Sequence record: NC_043027.1
DNA from: Bacillus phage PBS1
Reading direction: 5' to 3' (one strand)
DNA length: 32,000 bases
Every line of letters starts with the position of its first letter. Position 1 is the first letter of the stretch. Both the position numbers and the translations under genes were made by a program. The notes under the pieces are model-generated. The model was not told the origin of the DNA. It was given only the letters and a program-made list of their open reading frames with translations, and made no database searches. Below, one piece after another: positions 1-9,348 of this stretch.

Positions 1-226
1 TAATGCATTAAACTTTTTAAATAATTCAATTACTTTTGTCAGAAACCGTTTTAAAGGATTAGGAGAAGCAGATGCTAATGAGTTATTTGAGACTACTCTT
101 GATCCAAAGAAAAGAGATTTAGTTCAAGTCAATATTAATGATTTTGAATCTACAGATGAGATCAATAAGATTCTATTTGGGAATAATGCTGATTTACGTA
201 AAATGTTTATTGATAAATATTTGTAA
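1..226 (+). CDS. gyrB: C-terminal end of type II DNA topoisomerase ATPase/TOPRIM subunit (GyrB/ParE-like), truncated at window start
   Basis: Frame starting at base 2 reads NALNFLNNSITFVRNRFKGLGEADANELFETTLDPKKRDLVQVNINDFESTDEINKILFGNNADLRKMFIDKYL*, matching the GyrB/ParE signature R(Y/F)KGLGE...LWETTMNP..R.L..V...D..AD.....LMG......R..FI. Confidence 0.92.
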   Translation, partial: NALNFLNNSITFVRNRFKGLGEADANELFETTLDPKKRDLVQVNINDFESTDEINKILFGNNADLRKMFIDKYL

Positions 227-230
227 AATG

Positions 231-272
231 ATAACAACCTTACCAATAATAGGTAAGGTTGTTATTTTTATT
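231..272 (+). terminator. Rho-independent terminator
   Basis: Stem AACAACCTTACC / GGTAAGGTTGTT (233-263) followed by ATTTTTA, just after the GyrB-like stop. Confidence 0.85.
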
Positions 273-286
273 AACAGGAGGTTATT

Positions 287-1084
287 ATGAATAATATTAA
301 TAAAGCTAAAGTAATTGCCGCAGGTTCATCAATTCTTATTGCTATTAGTCTTACTACAACAACAGTTACATATAATTATATGAATAAGAAGATTGAAACC
401 AAAGAGAGCGAAGTTACTGAATTAAGAGATAGTTTTAAAAATCTGAAAAAAGAAAAAATTAATTTAGAAAAAGAAAATAAAGATTTTTCAAGTAATAATA
501 AAAATCTTGATAATAAAGTTAAAGAACTAAAGAAATCAAAAGAAGAACTAGATAAAAAGAATACTGAGATTTCAGAAGAAAATAAAGAATTAAAGAAGTT
601 TATTGAACATGTACAAAAATTGCCTCAATGGACTGAACAAGATGTAACTCAAACATCTAATACTAGTAAGATTGGATTGAAAATTGCTCTAAAAGATACT
701 GGGTTAGATGGTCTTGAAGAATCATTTATTGAAGCTGAAAATAAGTATGGTATTAATGCTATCTTTTTAACATCATTAGTAGCACAAGAGAGTGGTTGGG
801 GAACTTCAGATAGAGCAAAGAGAGATAATAATCTTTCTGGTTATGCAGTTTATAGTGATTCAAGTAAAGGAAAGTCATTTGCTAGTAAACATGATAGTAT
901 TATGAGTACAGCAAAATTATTAAAGGAAAATTATGTAAAAGAAGGAAGAAAAGACATTTATTCAATAAATGATAAATATACACCCGTAAATGGTCATGAT
1001 TGGGCGAATAATATAATTAGAATTGCTAATAAATTAGTTAAAAAAGCAGACGTTAACCAATATATTAAAGGACAAAAAATTTAA
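287..1084 (+). CDS. Membrane-anchored coiled-coil protein with C-terminal glucosaminidase-like (peptidoglycan hydrolase) domain
   Basis: N-terminal hydrophobic segment VIAAGSSILIAISLTTTTVTYNY, Lys/Glu-rich coiled coil, then FLTSLVAQESGWGTSDRAKRDNNLSGYAVYSDS...GKSFASKHDSIMSTAKLLKENYV, typical of the endo-beta-N-acetylglucosaminidase family. RBS AGGAGG. Confidence 0.8.
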   Translation: MNNINKAKVIAAGSSILIAISLTTTTVTYNYMNKKIETKESEVTELRDSFKNLKKEKINLEKENKDFSSNNKNLDNKVKELKKSKEELDKKNTEISEENKELKKFIEHVQKLPQWTEQDVTQTSNTSKIGLKIALKDTGLDGLEESFIEAENKYGINAIFLTSLVAQESGWGTSDRAKRDNNLSGYAVYSDSSKGKSFASKHDSIMSTAKLLKENYVKEGRKDIYSINDKYTPVNGHDWANNIIRIANKLVKKADVNQYIKGQKI

Positions 1085-1097
1085 GGGGATTTTAATT

Positions 1098-1460
1098 ATG
1101 AATAAAAGATATAATAAGAGATATAATAAAAATGAACAACTTGCAAATGAGTTAAGAGACTTTATTATTAAAAATGAATTTACGAATGTTCGAATCTACT
1201 TTAATAATAAAGCATATGACTGGTATAGTTCTAGTAAAGAACCAATTTTAATTAATAATATTAGACCAACAGAATATTTTCCGACTGCAAATAATAAAAC
1301 TGTTTCAATGAGTTTTGAAGGAAATCTATATTATCCTATGAACTTCGGTGATAATGATAATGACTTTACTACTTATAATACAATTAAAAGTATTTTTAAA
1401 AAATATGGTTACTATTTTGAATTTGGAAATGCATGGAATATAACTGCCTATGATTTATAA
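1098..1460 (+). CDS. Hypothetical protein
   Basis: 120-aa ORF tightly following the upstream gene. Confidence 0.65.
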   Translation: MNKRYNKRYNKNEQLANELRDFIIKNEFTNVRIYFNNKAYDWYSSSKEPILINNIRPTEYFPTANNKTVSMSFEGNLYYPMNFGDNDNDFTTYNTIKSIFKKYGYYFEFGNAWNITAYDL

Positions 1461-1477
1461 AAGGAGAAAGAATAATA

Positions 1478-2272
1478 ATGGGTAAAAAGATTAATAAAGA
1501 AATATTAGAAAAAATAATTAAAGAAAATCCTGATTGGTCGCAAAAACAAATAGCTGATCATTTAAATTTATCTATATCTTATATTGGACAATTAATAAAA
1601 AAATATAATATTGATTATACTATAAAAAAGAAGAATAAAAAAATAATTATTTCAAAAGAAAAATTAATTGAAATTATTAATGAACACCCTGATTGGACAC
1701 AAAAACAAATAGCTGATCATTTAGGAGTTGTAGAATCCTATATCGGTAGGTTAATAAAAAAGTATGATATAATATATGTTAAAAAAGGAAATCAAAGCAG
1801 GAATAAATTTATGGAAAAAAATTTAATTTCACAATATTTTATGAATGAAGAAATTATGGCAGATTTATTATTTTCAGTAATTAAGAATAATAATAAATTA
1901 AATCAAAAAGAAATAGCTGATCTATTAGTAAAAAGATTAATTAATGAATATAATCTAAATTATAAATTAAAAACTATAACTAAAGATGATTTATTGGATG
2001 TAATTAAAGAACATCCTGACTGGACACAAAAACAAATAGCTGATCATTTCCTAGCTCTTCCAAATACAATTAATTCTATACTAGTAAGAAATAACATCAA
2101 TCAAAAAGAAATTAGAGAAGAATATATGGTTGAAAAATTAAGAGAATTAATTAAAGAGCATCCTGACTGGACTCAAGCTCAATTAGCTGAACCATTAGGA
2201 ATTACAAAAACATATATAAGGAATTTAATTATTAAATATAAATTAGAATATAATAAGAAGAAATTAAAATAA
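1478..2272 (+). CDS. Protein made of tandem helix-turn-helix modules
   Basis: Repeated module (E/D)(I/V)I(K)EHPDW(T/S)QKQIADHL....YI..LIKKY(N)I.Y at about five positions. RBS AAAGGAGAAAG. Confidence 0.8.
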   Translation: MGKKINKEILEKIIKENPDWSQKQIADHLNLSISYIGQLIKKYNIDYTIKKKNKKIIISKEKLIEIINEHPDWTQKQIADHLGVVESYIGRLIKKYDIIYVKKGNQSRNKFMEKNLISQYFMNEEIMADLLFSVIKNNNKLNQKEIADLLVKRLINEYNLNYKLKTITKDDLLDVIKEHPDWTQKQIADHFLALPNTINSILVRNNINQKEIREEYMVEKLRELIKEHPDWTQAQLAEPLGITKTYIRNLIIKYKLEYNKKKLK

Positions 2273-2346
2273 CTTTAAAGTTTATATTATAAAAATGTAA
2301 TAAACTAGATAAATAATTGGGAATAGAAATGGAGAGAGAAATTATT

Positions 2347-3546
2347 ATGAAAATGTCAAATCTAATCAAAGCAATCGATATTACAGTTCAATCAGGTTCA
2401 GTGCCTATGGTTATGGGTCACAGTGGTATTGGAAAATCAAGTATTGCAAAAATCTATGCAGATTTAATTCAAGAAAGAGAAAATAAAGATGTAGTATATG
2501 TTGAGTTATTTGGTTCTGTCCTTAAAGAAGGTGAATTAACTGGTATGCCAATTAATGTCACTAAAAACTATAGCGGAGAAGAATTAAATGTAACAACATA
2601 TACTATTCATACTGCAATTAGAAAACTATGGGAAGCAAATGAGGCAGGTAAAATCCCACTATTATTCTTAGATGAATTAAACCGTTCTGATATTGCAGTA
2701 CAACAAGAGTTAATGCAATTAATTCTTACGAAGCAAATTAATGGAAATCCATTACCAGAAAATACTATTATGATTGCGGCAGGAAATCCAGATTCTGAAG
2801 ATGATGATGGAATTGACTATCAAGTAAATACTATGAACTATGCTTTAAGAGATCGTTTTACTGATCTTCATTTAGAAGTAGACTCTGATGAATGGATTAA
2901 ATGGGCATTACAACAAGTATCATTTTATGATAATGATGACAATCTAATTAAGACAGATTCTATGATCCACAAGAATATTATTGAATTTATCACAAATGAT
3001 CCTCTTCAGTTACATATCATTAATGCTGAAAATGAAGGTAAAAATCCAACTCCTCGTGCTTGGGAAAGAACTTCTGATGCGTATAGATATTTTGAAGAGA
3101 ATTATGATATGGAAGACAGTGATAATAAAAGAGCTTTCTGGGGAGTAGTAGAAGGAAATCTTGGGAAAAATACTGCTATTGCATTTAGAAGCTTTATTGA
3201 AGAAAATTCTAAACCAATGATTAATCCAAAGACTATTATTAATAATAAAGATTTATCTAAAGATACAAAGCTAATCGAAAAAATTAAAAATGAAACTATG
3301 GCAAGACAAAATCTATTAACTCGCTATGTATATATTCATATTGGTAATAATATCGATAAATTTAAAGAAAAAGAGTTAAATAACTTTATTACTTATCTTG
3401 ATATTATTCCTGAAGAACTGCTAATGATGGCAATTAGTGAGATTAAGAGAAATCCTAATGATAACATTAGTTCTATTTTTGAAATTTTAAAAACTAATCA
3501 AACTTTTATTCAAAAGTTTGTTAATATCATTCAAAATTTAAAATAA
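2347..3546 (+). CDS. MoxR-family AAA+ ATPase
   Basis: Walker A GHSGIGKSS, Walker B LLFLDELNRSDIAVQQELMQLIL, NPDSEDDDG...MNYALRDRFTDLHLEV. The ORF track starts at 2317, but GGAGAGAG at about 2331 supports ATG at 2347. Confidence 0.88.
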   Translation: MKMSNLIKAIDITVQSGSVPMVMGHSGIGKSSIAKIYADLIQERENKDVVYVELFGSVLKEGELTGMPINVTKNYSGEELNVTTYTIHTAIRKLWEANEAGKIPLLFLDELNRSDIAVQQELMQLILTKQINGNPLPENTIMIAAGNPDSEDDDGIDYQVNTMNYALRDRFTDLHLEVDSDEWIKWALQQVSFYDNDDNLIKTDSMIHKNIIEFITNDPLQLHIINAENEGKNPTPRAWERTSDAYRYFEENYDMEDSDNKRAFWGVVEGNLGKNTAIAFRSFIEENSKPMINPKTIINNKDLSKDTKLIEKIKNETMARQNLLTRYVYIHIGNNIDKFKEKELNNFITYLDIIPEELLMMAISEIKRNPNDNISSIFEILKTNQTFIQKFVNIIQNLK

Positions 3547-3571
3547 TAGAGATGTAAAAGGGGAAGTAAAA

Positions 3572-4987
3572 ATGTCTATTCTTAATAGTGATAATAAAAA
3601 TGAAATTTATGAGTATCTAAAATCAGTATATATTAAAGCAGATGCTCCTTCAGTTCAAGTCTCAGAAAATAATCAAAAGTTAATAGAGAGATATTTCTCT
3701 CTATTAACTACTTCCCTGATCTTAAATGATCGGGATGGAGATAGTAGATTCTATGCTTATTTTTTGTCTTCTGTTAAAAGAACTATTATTCACGATCAGT
3801 ATTTTGCTCCTGCCGCAGTATATTATGATGATAATAGAATGACATTCGTGTTATTATTAAATCCATATAAATTATTCTTATTTGAACAAGATGAGATCGT
3901 TGCTGTACTAATGCATGAATTACTTCATGTTGCAAATAGCCATATCTATAGACACAAAGTTTTATCCACTAAATATAATAAACTTGACATGCAAAAAGTT
4001 AATATTGCAATGGATTGTGCAATTAATCAGTTTATTAAAAATTTACCTAATGGTGCAATTACACTTAAATCAGTTAAAGAAATGACCGGAGTAAAGAATA
4101 TTAGATCTAAGGCAAATTTTGAATATTATCTAGAATTATTATTAAAGAGTAAGAAAGCCAATAAAAATAATAAATCTAATGGTCAAAGTTCAAAAGATCC
4201 TAATGAATTAAATGATAATGATGTTGATTCTGATGGAAATCTAACCGAAAGTGGTAAAGAAAAAAGATTATCACAATCAAGAAATCATGCTCATGATAAA
4301 TGGGATGAAATTGAATCTAGTAAAACAGTAGAGAAAGAGATGTCAGAGAAATTAAAAGATATTCTTCAAGATATTAAAAATAGAAATAGAGGTAATCTTC
4401 CTAATAATATGGAAGGTATCTTACAATCATTATTAGGTAAGCAAGAAATTGCATGGCAGAAAATTTTTAAGAATATGATTGGTGGTTTAAAAGTTCCATT
4501 TAAGAGAACTCCTATGCGTAGAAGTAGAAGACAACCTGATAGACCTGATGTTCTAGGAAGGATCTCGGACAGAGAATGTAAGGTTGCAGTTGCATTAGAT
4601 ATGTCAGGATCAATGTCAAATGAGGAATTAGCATGGTCACTTAATGAAGTAATTGGTTTATTAAAAGGGAAGAAATCAACTGTTACTATCATTCATTTTG
4701 ATTCAGAGGTTGGAACTGTCTATGATGTTAGAAAAAAGAATGATATTAAATTTAAAAGAGACAAAAATGGTGGTACAGAATTTTCACCTGTTATTAGCTA
4801 TGTAAATAAGAATTTACCAAAAACAGATGTACTAGTAGTCTTTACTGATGGCTTTGGTGAATATGAATTACTAGAAAAACCAAATTGTCAAATGTTATGG
4901 ATTATTACAAGAGGAAATAACTTATCCGTTCGAAAACCATATGGTAAAGTAAGACGTAATAATTATAAGGAGGATAAGAATGAATAA
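3572..4987 (+). CDS. DUF2201-like putative metallopeptidase with C-terminal VWA-like domain; partner of the MoxR ATPase
   Basis: VAVLMHELLHVANSHIYRH (HExxH-type), NIAMDCAINQFIKNLP; C-terminal VAVALDMSGSMSNEE (MIDAS DxSxS) and VVFTDGFGE. Confidence 0.88.
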   Translation: MSILNSDNKNEIYEYLKSVYIKADAPSVQVSENNQKLIERYFSLLTTSLILNDRDGDSRFYAYFLSSVKRTIIHDQYFAPAAVYYDDNRMTFVLLLNPYKLFLFEQDEIVAVLMHELLHVANSHIYRHKVLSTKYNKLDMQKVNIAMDCAINQFIKNLPNGAITLKSVKEMTGVKNIRSKANFEYYLELLLKSKKANKNNKSNGQSSKDPNELNDNDVDSDGNLTESGKEKRLSQSRNHAHDKWDEIESSKTVEKEMSEKLKDILQDIKNRNRGNLPNNMEGILQSLLGKQEIAWQKIFKNMIGGLKVPFKRTPMRRSRRQPDRPDVLGRISDRECKVAVALDMSGSMSNEELAWSLNEVIGLLKGKKSTVTIIHFDSEVGTVYDVRKKNDIKFKRDKNGGTEFSPVISYVNKNLPKTDVLVVFTDGFGEYELLEKPNCQMLWIITRGNNLSVRKPYGKVRRNNYKEDKNE

Positions 4988-5006
4988 TTGGCTAACTAAT
5001 GGAATG

Positions 5007-5044
5007 GTAAGTGATAATGACACTATTATCACTTATCCTTTTTT
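5007..5044 (+). terminator. Rho-independent terminator after the MoxR/VWA pair
   Basis: TAAGTGATAAT..ATTATCACTTA stem followed by TCCTTTTTT. Confidence 0.8.
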
Positions 5045-5086
5045 AAAAGAGCTTAGTAGTGGTTTTGCATTATAAGGAGGATAAAA

Positions 5087-5785
5087 ATGAGTAAGGAAAT
5101 AAAAATTAACTGGATGGATAAAAATATATTAAAAAAGAATACAAATATTATTGATTTTCCTTTTGTTAAGAATTTTGATATACACCACGGACATTTAGCT
5201 GTTAGATCACTTTATTCTGAATATTGTAATATAATAACTCTAATTGATCAAGATAATTATAAAAAAATAGAAATAGGTGATTCTTATCGAAGACTTAATG
5301 ACATCTATTCAGAAGAAGAACTACTAGAAGGATACTTTGAAAGTTTATTAGAAACATTTAAAAGAAAATTTCCTAAATTCATTGAAGAATTAGAAGGTGG
5401 TTTTAATTCATATAGAGATTATGGAAACTTTAGATTGAGTTATTTATTGACTGAATACAGTGATGATTGTAAAAATACATTTAATAGTTTAACTTATTGT
5501 TATGCTTTTGCTAGGGAGAATGCTATTTATTACTCTACAGATCTATTTAAAGAGAATTTTAGAAAATTAATGTTTAAAGCAATTCTATATATGATTGAGT
5601 ATTTAGAGAATAATAAGTTATTTACATATCTCGAATCAGTAGAAAGATATTTTCTATTAGAAAATTTAAGAACTTATATTAACTATGAAGAAAATTGGTA
5701 TTTATACGAAAATGATCCTAAGTTTAAAAATAGTCTAAAAAGAGTAAAAAATTATGAAGCTATGAATATATTAAATAAATTATAG
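5087..5785 (+). CDS. Tandem paralog family A, member 1; unknown function
   Basis: Shares FPFVKNFD, SLYSEY, EELLEGYFESLLETFKRKFP, LRTYINY..., and C-terminal NDPKFKNSLKRVKNYEAMNILNKL with downstream ORFs. RBS AAGGAGG. Confidence 0.8.
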   Translation: MSKEIKINWMDKNILKKNTNIIDFPFVKNFDIHHGHLAVRSLYSEYCNIITLIDQDNYKKIEIGDSYRRLNDIYSEEELLEGYFESLLETFKRKFPKFIEELEGGFNSYRDYGNFRLSYLLTEYSDDCKNTFNSLTYCYAFARENAIYYSTDLFKENFRKLMFKAILYMIEYLENNKLFTYLESVERYFLLENLRTYINYEENWYLYENDPKFKNSLKRVKNYEAMNILNKL

Positions 5786-5797
5786 GAGGTAATTTTT

Positions 5798-5994
5798 TTG
5801 ATAAAGGATTTTAAAGAGTACTATCAAAAATCATATAAGAACGTACATTTAATTTTAAGAAATAATAGATATCATATAGATATTAATAAAACTCAATTTA
5901 TGATATTTTTAGTGAGTATTATGAAAAAGATCATAAAGACAGTATAGAACGAATAAAAGAGTATAGAGCAATATCTTTAATTGATTCTTTATAA
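5798..5994 (+). pseudogene. Short family A member with apparent frameshift
   Basis: TTG start after TAGGAGGT. Reading frame 1 (MIKDFKEYYQKSYKNVHLILRNN...MIFL) ends at 5947; the -1 frame continues FSEYYEKDHKDSIERIKEYRAISLIDSL* and carries the family C-terminal motif. Adding one T to the TTTTT run at 5906-5910 would join the frames. Confidence 0.6.
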
Positions 5995-6011
5995 TAAGGA
6001 GAAAAGCTAAT

Positions 6012-6146
6012 ATGATTGAAAAATTCTTAGCAAATGATGAATTTAAGAATTATTTACACTTTAAAGGAAAATTAGACTGGCAGAATGAAGAAAGTGAAAG
6101 AAGAATAATAGAATATAATGCAATTGATAAATTAGAATCATTGTAG
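6012..6146 (+). CDS. 44-aa small protein ending in the family A C-terminal motif
   Basis: MIEKFLANDEFKNYLHFKGKLDWQNEESERRIIEYNAIDKLESL*, with RBS AAGGAG. Confidence 0.6.
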   Translation: MIEKFLANDEFKNYLHFKGKLDWQNEESERRIIEYNAIDKLESL

Positions 6147-6158
6147 GAGGTTATTATA

Positions 6159-7322
6159 TTGAGTATTATTGAATCTTTAAAGGAATTATTATTAGACGTT
6201 GATGAAGATAATAATATAATTATAATGGAGGATAATGATCTAGTTAGCAATGAATGTATAGTTAGTATGCTAAATGATATAAATAAAGAAAGAAAATTTC
6301 TTTTTGTAGAAAATGATACTGTATACTTTGATGCATCATTCATAATATTTAATGTTTGGTCTTATAAGAAAAATCAAGCAATTAATAGTTATTTTCATTT
6401 TAATCATACTGAATTTGCTAATTATGTTGTTAGTAGTATTGTTAAGAGATTAATAGATAGTGATCATATTACTTTAGATATCATTTCAGATAAATTAGAT
6501 CAAATGATCTTATTAAAATCAGGATTAAGAGTATTTCCAGATGATGAAGATTATTCAACATTATTAACAATGGGTAGTGTTATTAATAGTGTTGAATATG
6601 AGTTAGCAAGTTATATTTATGATCATGAATTTATCAAGAGATCTCTTGATAAATCACCTATAGATGATGGTTATAGATCGGCTGATCAATCAGTATTTAG
6701 TAAACCCACAATACATGAATCTAAGTTAAACTTAACTAGACCGGATTTAGATATTCTTTATTTTCCTTTAATTAAGGATTTTAAGACAAACTCAGCATCT
6801 ATAACTTTAATGCAAGATTATAGATTATTATTTAATGATCCAAAATTAGAAAAAGAAGAATTAATTAATGAATATTTTAATGATATTCTAGAAGACACTA
6901 AAAAGAGATTAACGGTTGTTAAAGAACAAAGAGTATATAAACATAATCTAAATTCATTTTATATTCATTTGATTCAATTAATTAGAGGAAAAGTTACTAA
7001 AACTAGAAAAAATAAAATAAATAAACAATTATCAACTTCTAGAGCAAGATTCTTTGGGAAAAAAGAGAATTATTTTGAGGGAAAATTTAGGGAAACAATT
7101 TTTAAAATAATACTCTTTATGATTGAATATTTTGAAAAAGAAAATTTGGAGAAACAATTAGAATCAATTGAAAAAGCATTTTCTTTAAAAATATTTAAGA
7201 ATTATATTGGTTATTATGAATATGATGATATTCGAATAAGTTATTTGAATGATGATAAATTTGCTAAAAGCAGAGAAAGAATATCTAGATATGAAGCAGA
7301 AGAACTCTTAGAACAACTTTAA
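6159..7322 (+). CDS. Tandem paralog family A, member; unknown function
   Basis: LTRPDLDILYFPLIKDFKTNSASITLMQDYRLL..., YFEGKFRETIFKIILFMIEYFE, C-terminus NDDKFAKSRERISRYEAEELLEQL. Confidence 0.82.
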   Translation: MSIIESLKELLLDVDEDNNIIIMEDNDLVSNECIVSMLNDINKERKFLFVENDTVYFDASFIIFNVWSYKKNQAINSYFHFNHTEFANYVVSSIVKRLIDSDHITLDIISDKLDQMILLKSGLRVFPDDEDYSTLLTMGSVINSVEYELASYIYDHEFIKRSLDKSPIDDGYRSADQSVFSKPTIHESKLNLTRPDLDILYFPLIKDFKTNSASITLMQDYRLLFNDPKLEKEELINEYFNDILEDTKKRLTVVKEQRVYKHNLNSFYIHLIQLIRGKVTKTRKNKINKQLSTSRARFFGKKENYFEGKFRETIFKIILFMIEYFEKENLEKQLESIEKAFSLKIFKNYIGYYEYDDIRISYLNDDKFAKSRERISRYEAEELLEQL

Positions 7323-7325
7323 TTT

Positions 7326-7357
7326 AGAATGATATCCTTTTTATAGGATATCATTCT
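7326..7357. terminator. Bidirectional terminator hairpin between convergent genes
   Basis: 12-bp perfect stem AGAATGATATCC / GGATATCATTCT with T-rich flanks, between plus ORF 6159-7322 and minus ORF 7366-7812. Confidence 0.75.
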
Positions 7358-7365
7358 AATAATTT

Positions 7366-7812
7366 TTATACTGCATCTTCGTCAATAACTACTTCTCTGT
7401 CAGTCTTAGTCACTTTTTGTAATATCCAAGTAGGAAAAGTAAGTTCATGAATACCAGTAAAAGTTTGTCTATGATGTTTTAAACATAATACAATTAAATT
7501 TCTAATATCATCTACAGTTGTAATAGGTACTTCATTTAATTTTTTTCCATATCCGTAAATATCAAACAACTCTACGAGTTCTTTTAATTTATCATAGTCA
7601 CAGACATTTTGCATAGACCAACTACATAGGAAATGATGAACTTCTAAATGTTCAGTGTTTTCACATATCCAACACTTATAATGACCATCTTCTTTTAATC
7701 TTTTTTTAGATTTTCTAAACGTAGATGATTCTTTTCTTTCTTCATGTTCAGGAATTAAAACACTTTCTTTTAATGTAGTTCTATCAATATGTTCTGCGAT
7801 TATTTTACCCAT
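7366..7812 (-). CDS. HNH-family endonuclease-like protein
   Basis: YKCWICENTEHLEVHHFLCSW...NLIVLCLKHHRQTFTGIHE: CxxC, HH and CxxHH arrangement typical of HNH/zinc nucleases. Antisense to the surrounding genes. Confidence 0.75.
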   Translation of the reverse strand: MGKIIAEHIDRTTLKESVLIPEHEERKESSTFRKSKKRLKEDGHYKCWICENTEHLEVHHFLCSWSMQNVCDYDKLKELVELFDIYGYGKKLNEVPITTVDDIRNLIVLCLKHHRQTFTGIHELTFPTWILQKVTKTDREVVIDEDAV

Positions 7813-7860
7813 ATTACCACCCCTTCTAGCTATATTATTATGTTTAAAAAAATTTAAAAA

Positions 7861-7883
7861 TATATATTATACTTTTGATACTA
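7861..7883 (+). promoter_or_regulatory. Putative phage promoter motif, copy 1
   Basis: TATATATTATACTTTTGATACTA, similar to copies at 12746, 19741 and 19993. Confidence 0.4.
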
Positions 7884-7917
7884 AATAATTTGAGAAATAA
7901 TACTAGGCGGACTATTT

Positions 7918-8088
7918 ATGACAGATACTCAAAAATTAATTGAATTAGGTTTTGACTTTGATTCACAAGGAATATTTATTTTTGATGAATCTAAAGAGGT
8001 CAAAGATATAATTAATAGTAATGAGTTTTCTAGAAGTATGAAGAAAATTAAAGAATATGAGGCAATTAATATAATGGAATCATTATAA
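7918..8088 (+). CDS. 56-aa small protein ending in the family A C-terminal motif
   Basis: MTDTQKLIELGFDFDSQGIFIFDESKEVKDIINSNEFSRSMKKIKEYEAINIMESL*, with RBS AGGCGG. Confidence 0.6.
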   Translation: MTDTQKLIELGFDFDSQGIFIFDESKEVKDIINSNEFSRSMKKIKEYEAINIMESL

Positions 8089-8104
8089 ATATGGAGGATG
8101 AGAA

Positions 8105-9337
8105 ATGGATATAAAAAAAGAATTAGAAAAATTAGGAATTGTATTAAAAAAGGATGAAACTTCTTCAAAAAATAGTTATAATTTATATATGACTAAGGAT
8201 GCAGAAGAAAAACTTATCCCATATCATGAAAGACTTATTATAGAGAGATTAAATACTCCTTTCACTCTTTATCAAACTGATTCAGGGCAACATATATTTA
8301 AGCTACACTTATTTAAGTTAATTGATAATAAAATAATAATAATAGATATTGAAAAATTATCTATACAAACAGAATATTCTAATTTAGAATATATGGAGAT
8401 TCTTATATTTCTCTCTGTAACAGAAAAATTATTAGACTATAATTTTCCTTTGTCATTTGGTAATAATTTATTTCGTAATTATGTCTTAAACTCATATTGT
8501 ATGAGTGAGAATCTAATTGAAGAAAATTTAAATAATATCATTAAGTATCAAAGTAATGATTTATTTAATGATAATGATGACGCAACACTAGAATACTATA
8601 TTGACATGCGTGTATCTATAATTAGATCTAAAGTTGTTAAAAGATGTTATAACCTAGATTATTGTACTAATAATAGATTTATTTCAAATCCAGTTTATAG
8701 ATATTTTAGCGATATAAATAATGAAAAAATAAATTTATATCGTCCTGATTTAAATCTTTTTTATGTTCCATTCACTAATGTTAACTTTGGAAATTCTAAT
8801 ATTTCAGGTTTATTATTAGATTATATTATTTTAAATAAGGATCAAAAATTTGAATCTAAAGATAAGATTGATAAGTATTTTGATGAGTTAGTAAATGATT
8901 TTTTAAAAAGATTAGAATCAGATCCATCAAAATTATTTGAGAATTTGTCAACTCGTAGTCGTGGTCCATATTATAATATAGCATTTAGTCTTACTTATGA
9001 AGCTAATTTTATTAAAACAAAATTAAATTTTTCTCCCTCTAATCAACATCCTTTAAACAAAAAAAGAAATAAAAAAGGCGTTTATGGTATTGATTATTTT
9101 GATAGTAAACTGAGGGAATCTTTATTTAAAGTTATTACAATCTTAATAAAACATTTTGAAACTTTAAATCAAAACTCATTTTTAGAGAAAATGGAAAAGA
9201 CATTAGCTACTAATGAAATACAAAATTATATTGGTTATAATGTTTATCCAGAATTATATCTTAATAATCCACAATTCAAAAATAGTTTAAAAAGAGTTAG
9301 ACAATATGAAGCATTAAGAATATTAGATTCTATTTGA
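8105..9337 (+). CDS. Tandem paralog family A, member; unknown function
   Basis: YRPDLNLFYVPFTNVNFGNSNISG, YFDSKLRESLFKVITILIKHFE, C-terminus NNPQFKNSLKRVRQYEALRILDSI. RBS GGAGG. Confidence 0.82.
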   Translation: MDIKKELEKLGIVLKKDETSSKNSYNLYMTKDAEEKLIPYHERLIIERLNTPFTLYQTDSGQHIFKLHLFKLIDNKIIIIDIEKLSIQTEYSNLEYMEILIFLSVTEKLLDYNFPLSFGNNLFRNYVLNSYCMSENLIEENLNNIIKYQSNDLFNDNDDATLEYYIDMRVSIIRSKVVKRCYNLDYCTNNRFISNPVYRYFSDINNEKINLYRPDLNLFYVPFTNVNFGNSNISGLLLDYIILNKDQKFESKDKIDKYFDELVNDFLKRLESDPSKLFENLSTRSRGPYYNIAFSLTYEANFIKTKLNFSPSNQHPLNKKRNKKGVYGIDYFDSKLRESLFKVITILIKHFETLNQNSFLEKMEKTLATNEIQNYIGYNVYPELYLNNPQFKNSLKRVRQYEALRILDSI

Positions 9338-9348
9338 GGGGGATAAAT

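Noticed and set aside
1478-2272. Transposase or resolvase call for the HTH-repeat protein
   Set aside because: Modules resemble recombinase-type HTHs, but no catalytic DDE or Ser/Tyr recombinase domain is present and no terminal inverted repeats flank the gene.
4366-4692. Minus-strand 108-aa ORF
   Set aside because: Lies wholly inside the well-supported DUF2201/VWA gene on the other strand, has low-complexity Leu/Ser composition, and shows no sensible RBS.
6050-6343. Minus-strand 97-aa ORF
   Set aside because: Antisense to the start of a family A gene; Ser/Leu/Ile-rich composition typical of the reverse complement of AT-rich coding sequence.
7929-8168. Minus-strand 79-aa hydrophobic ORF
   Set aside because: Overlaps the 56-aa plus-strand ORF with RBS and family motif; its hydrophobicity is explained by antisense reading of Lys/Glu/Asn codons.
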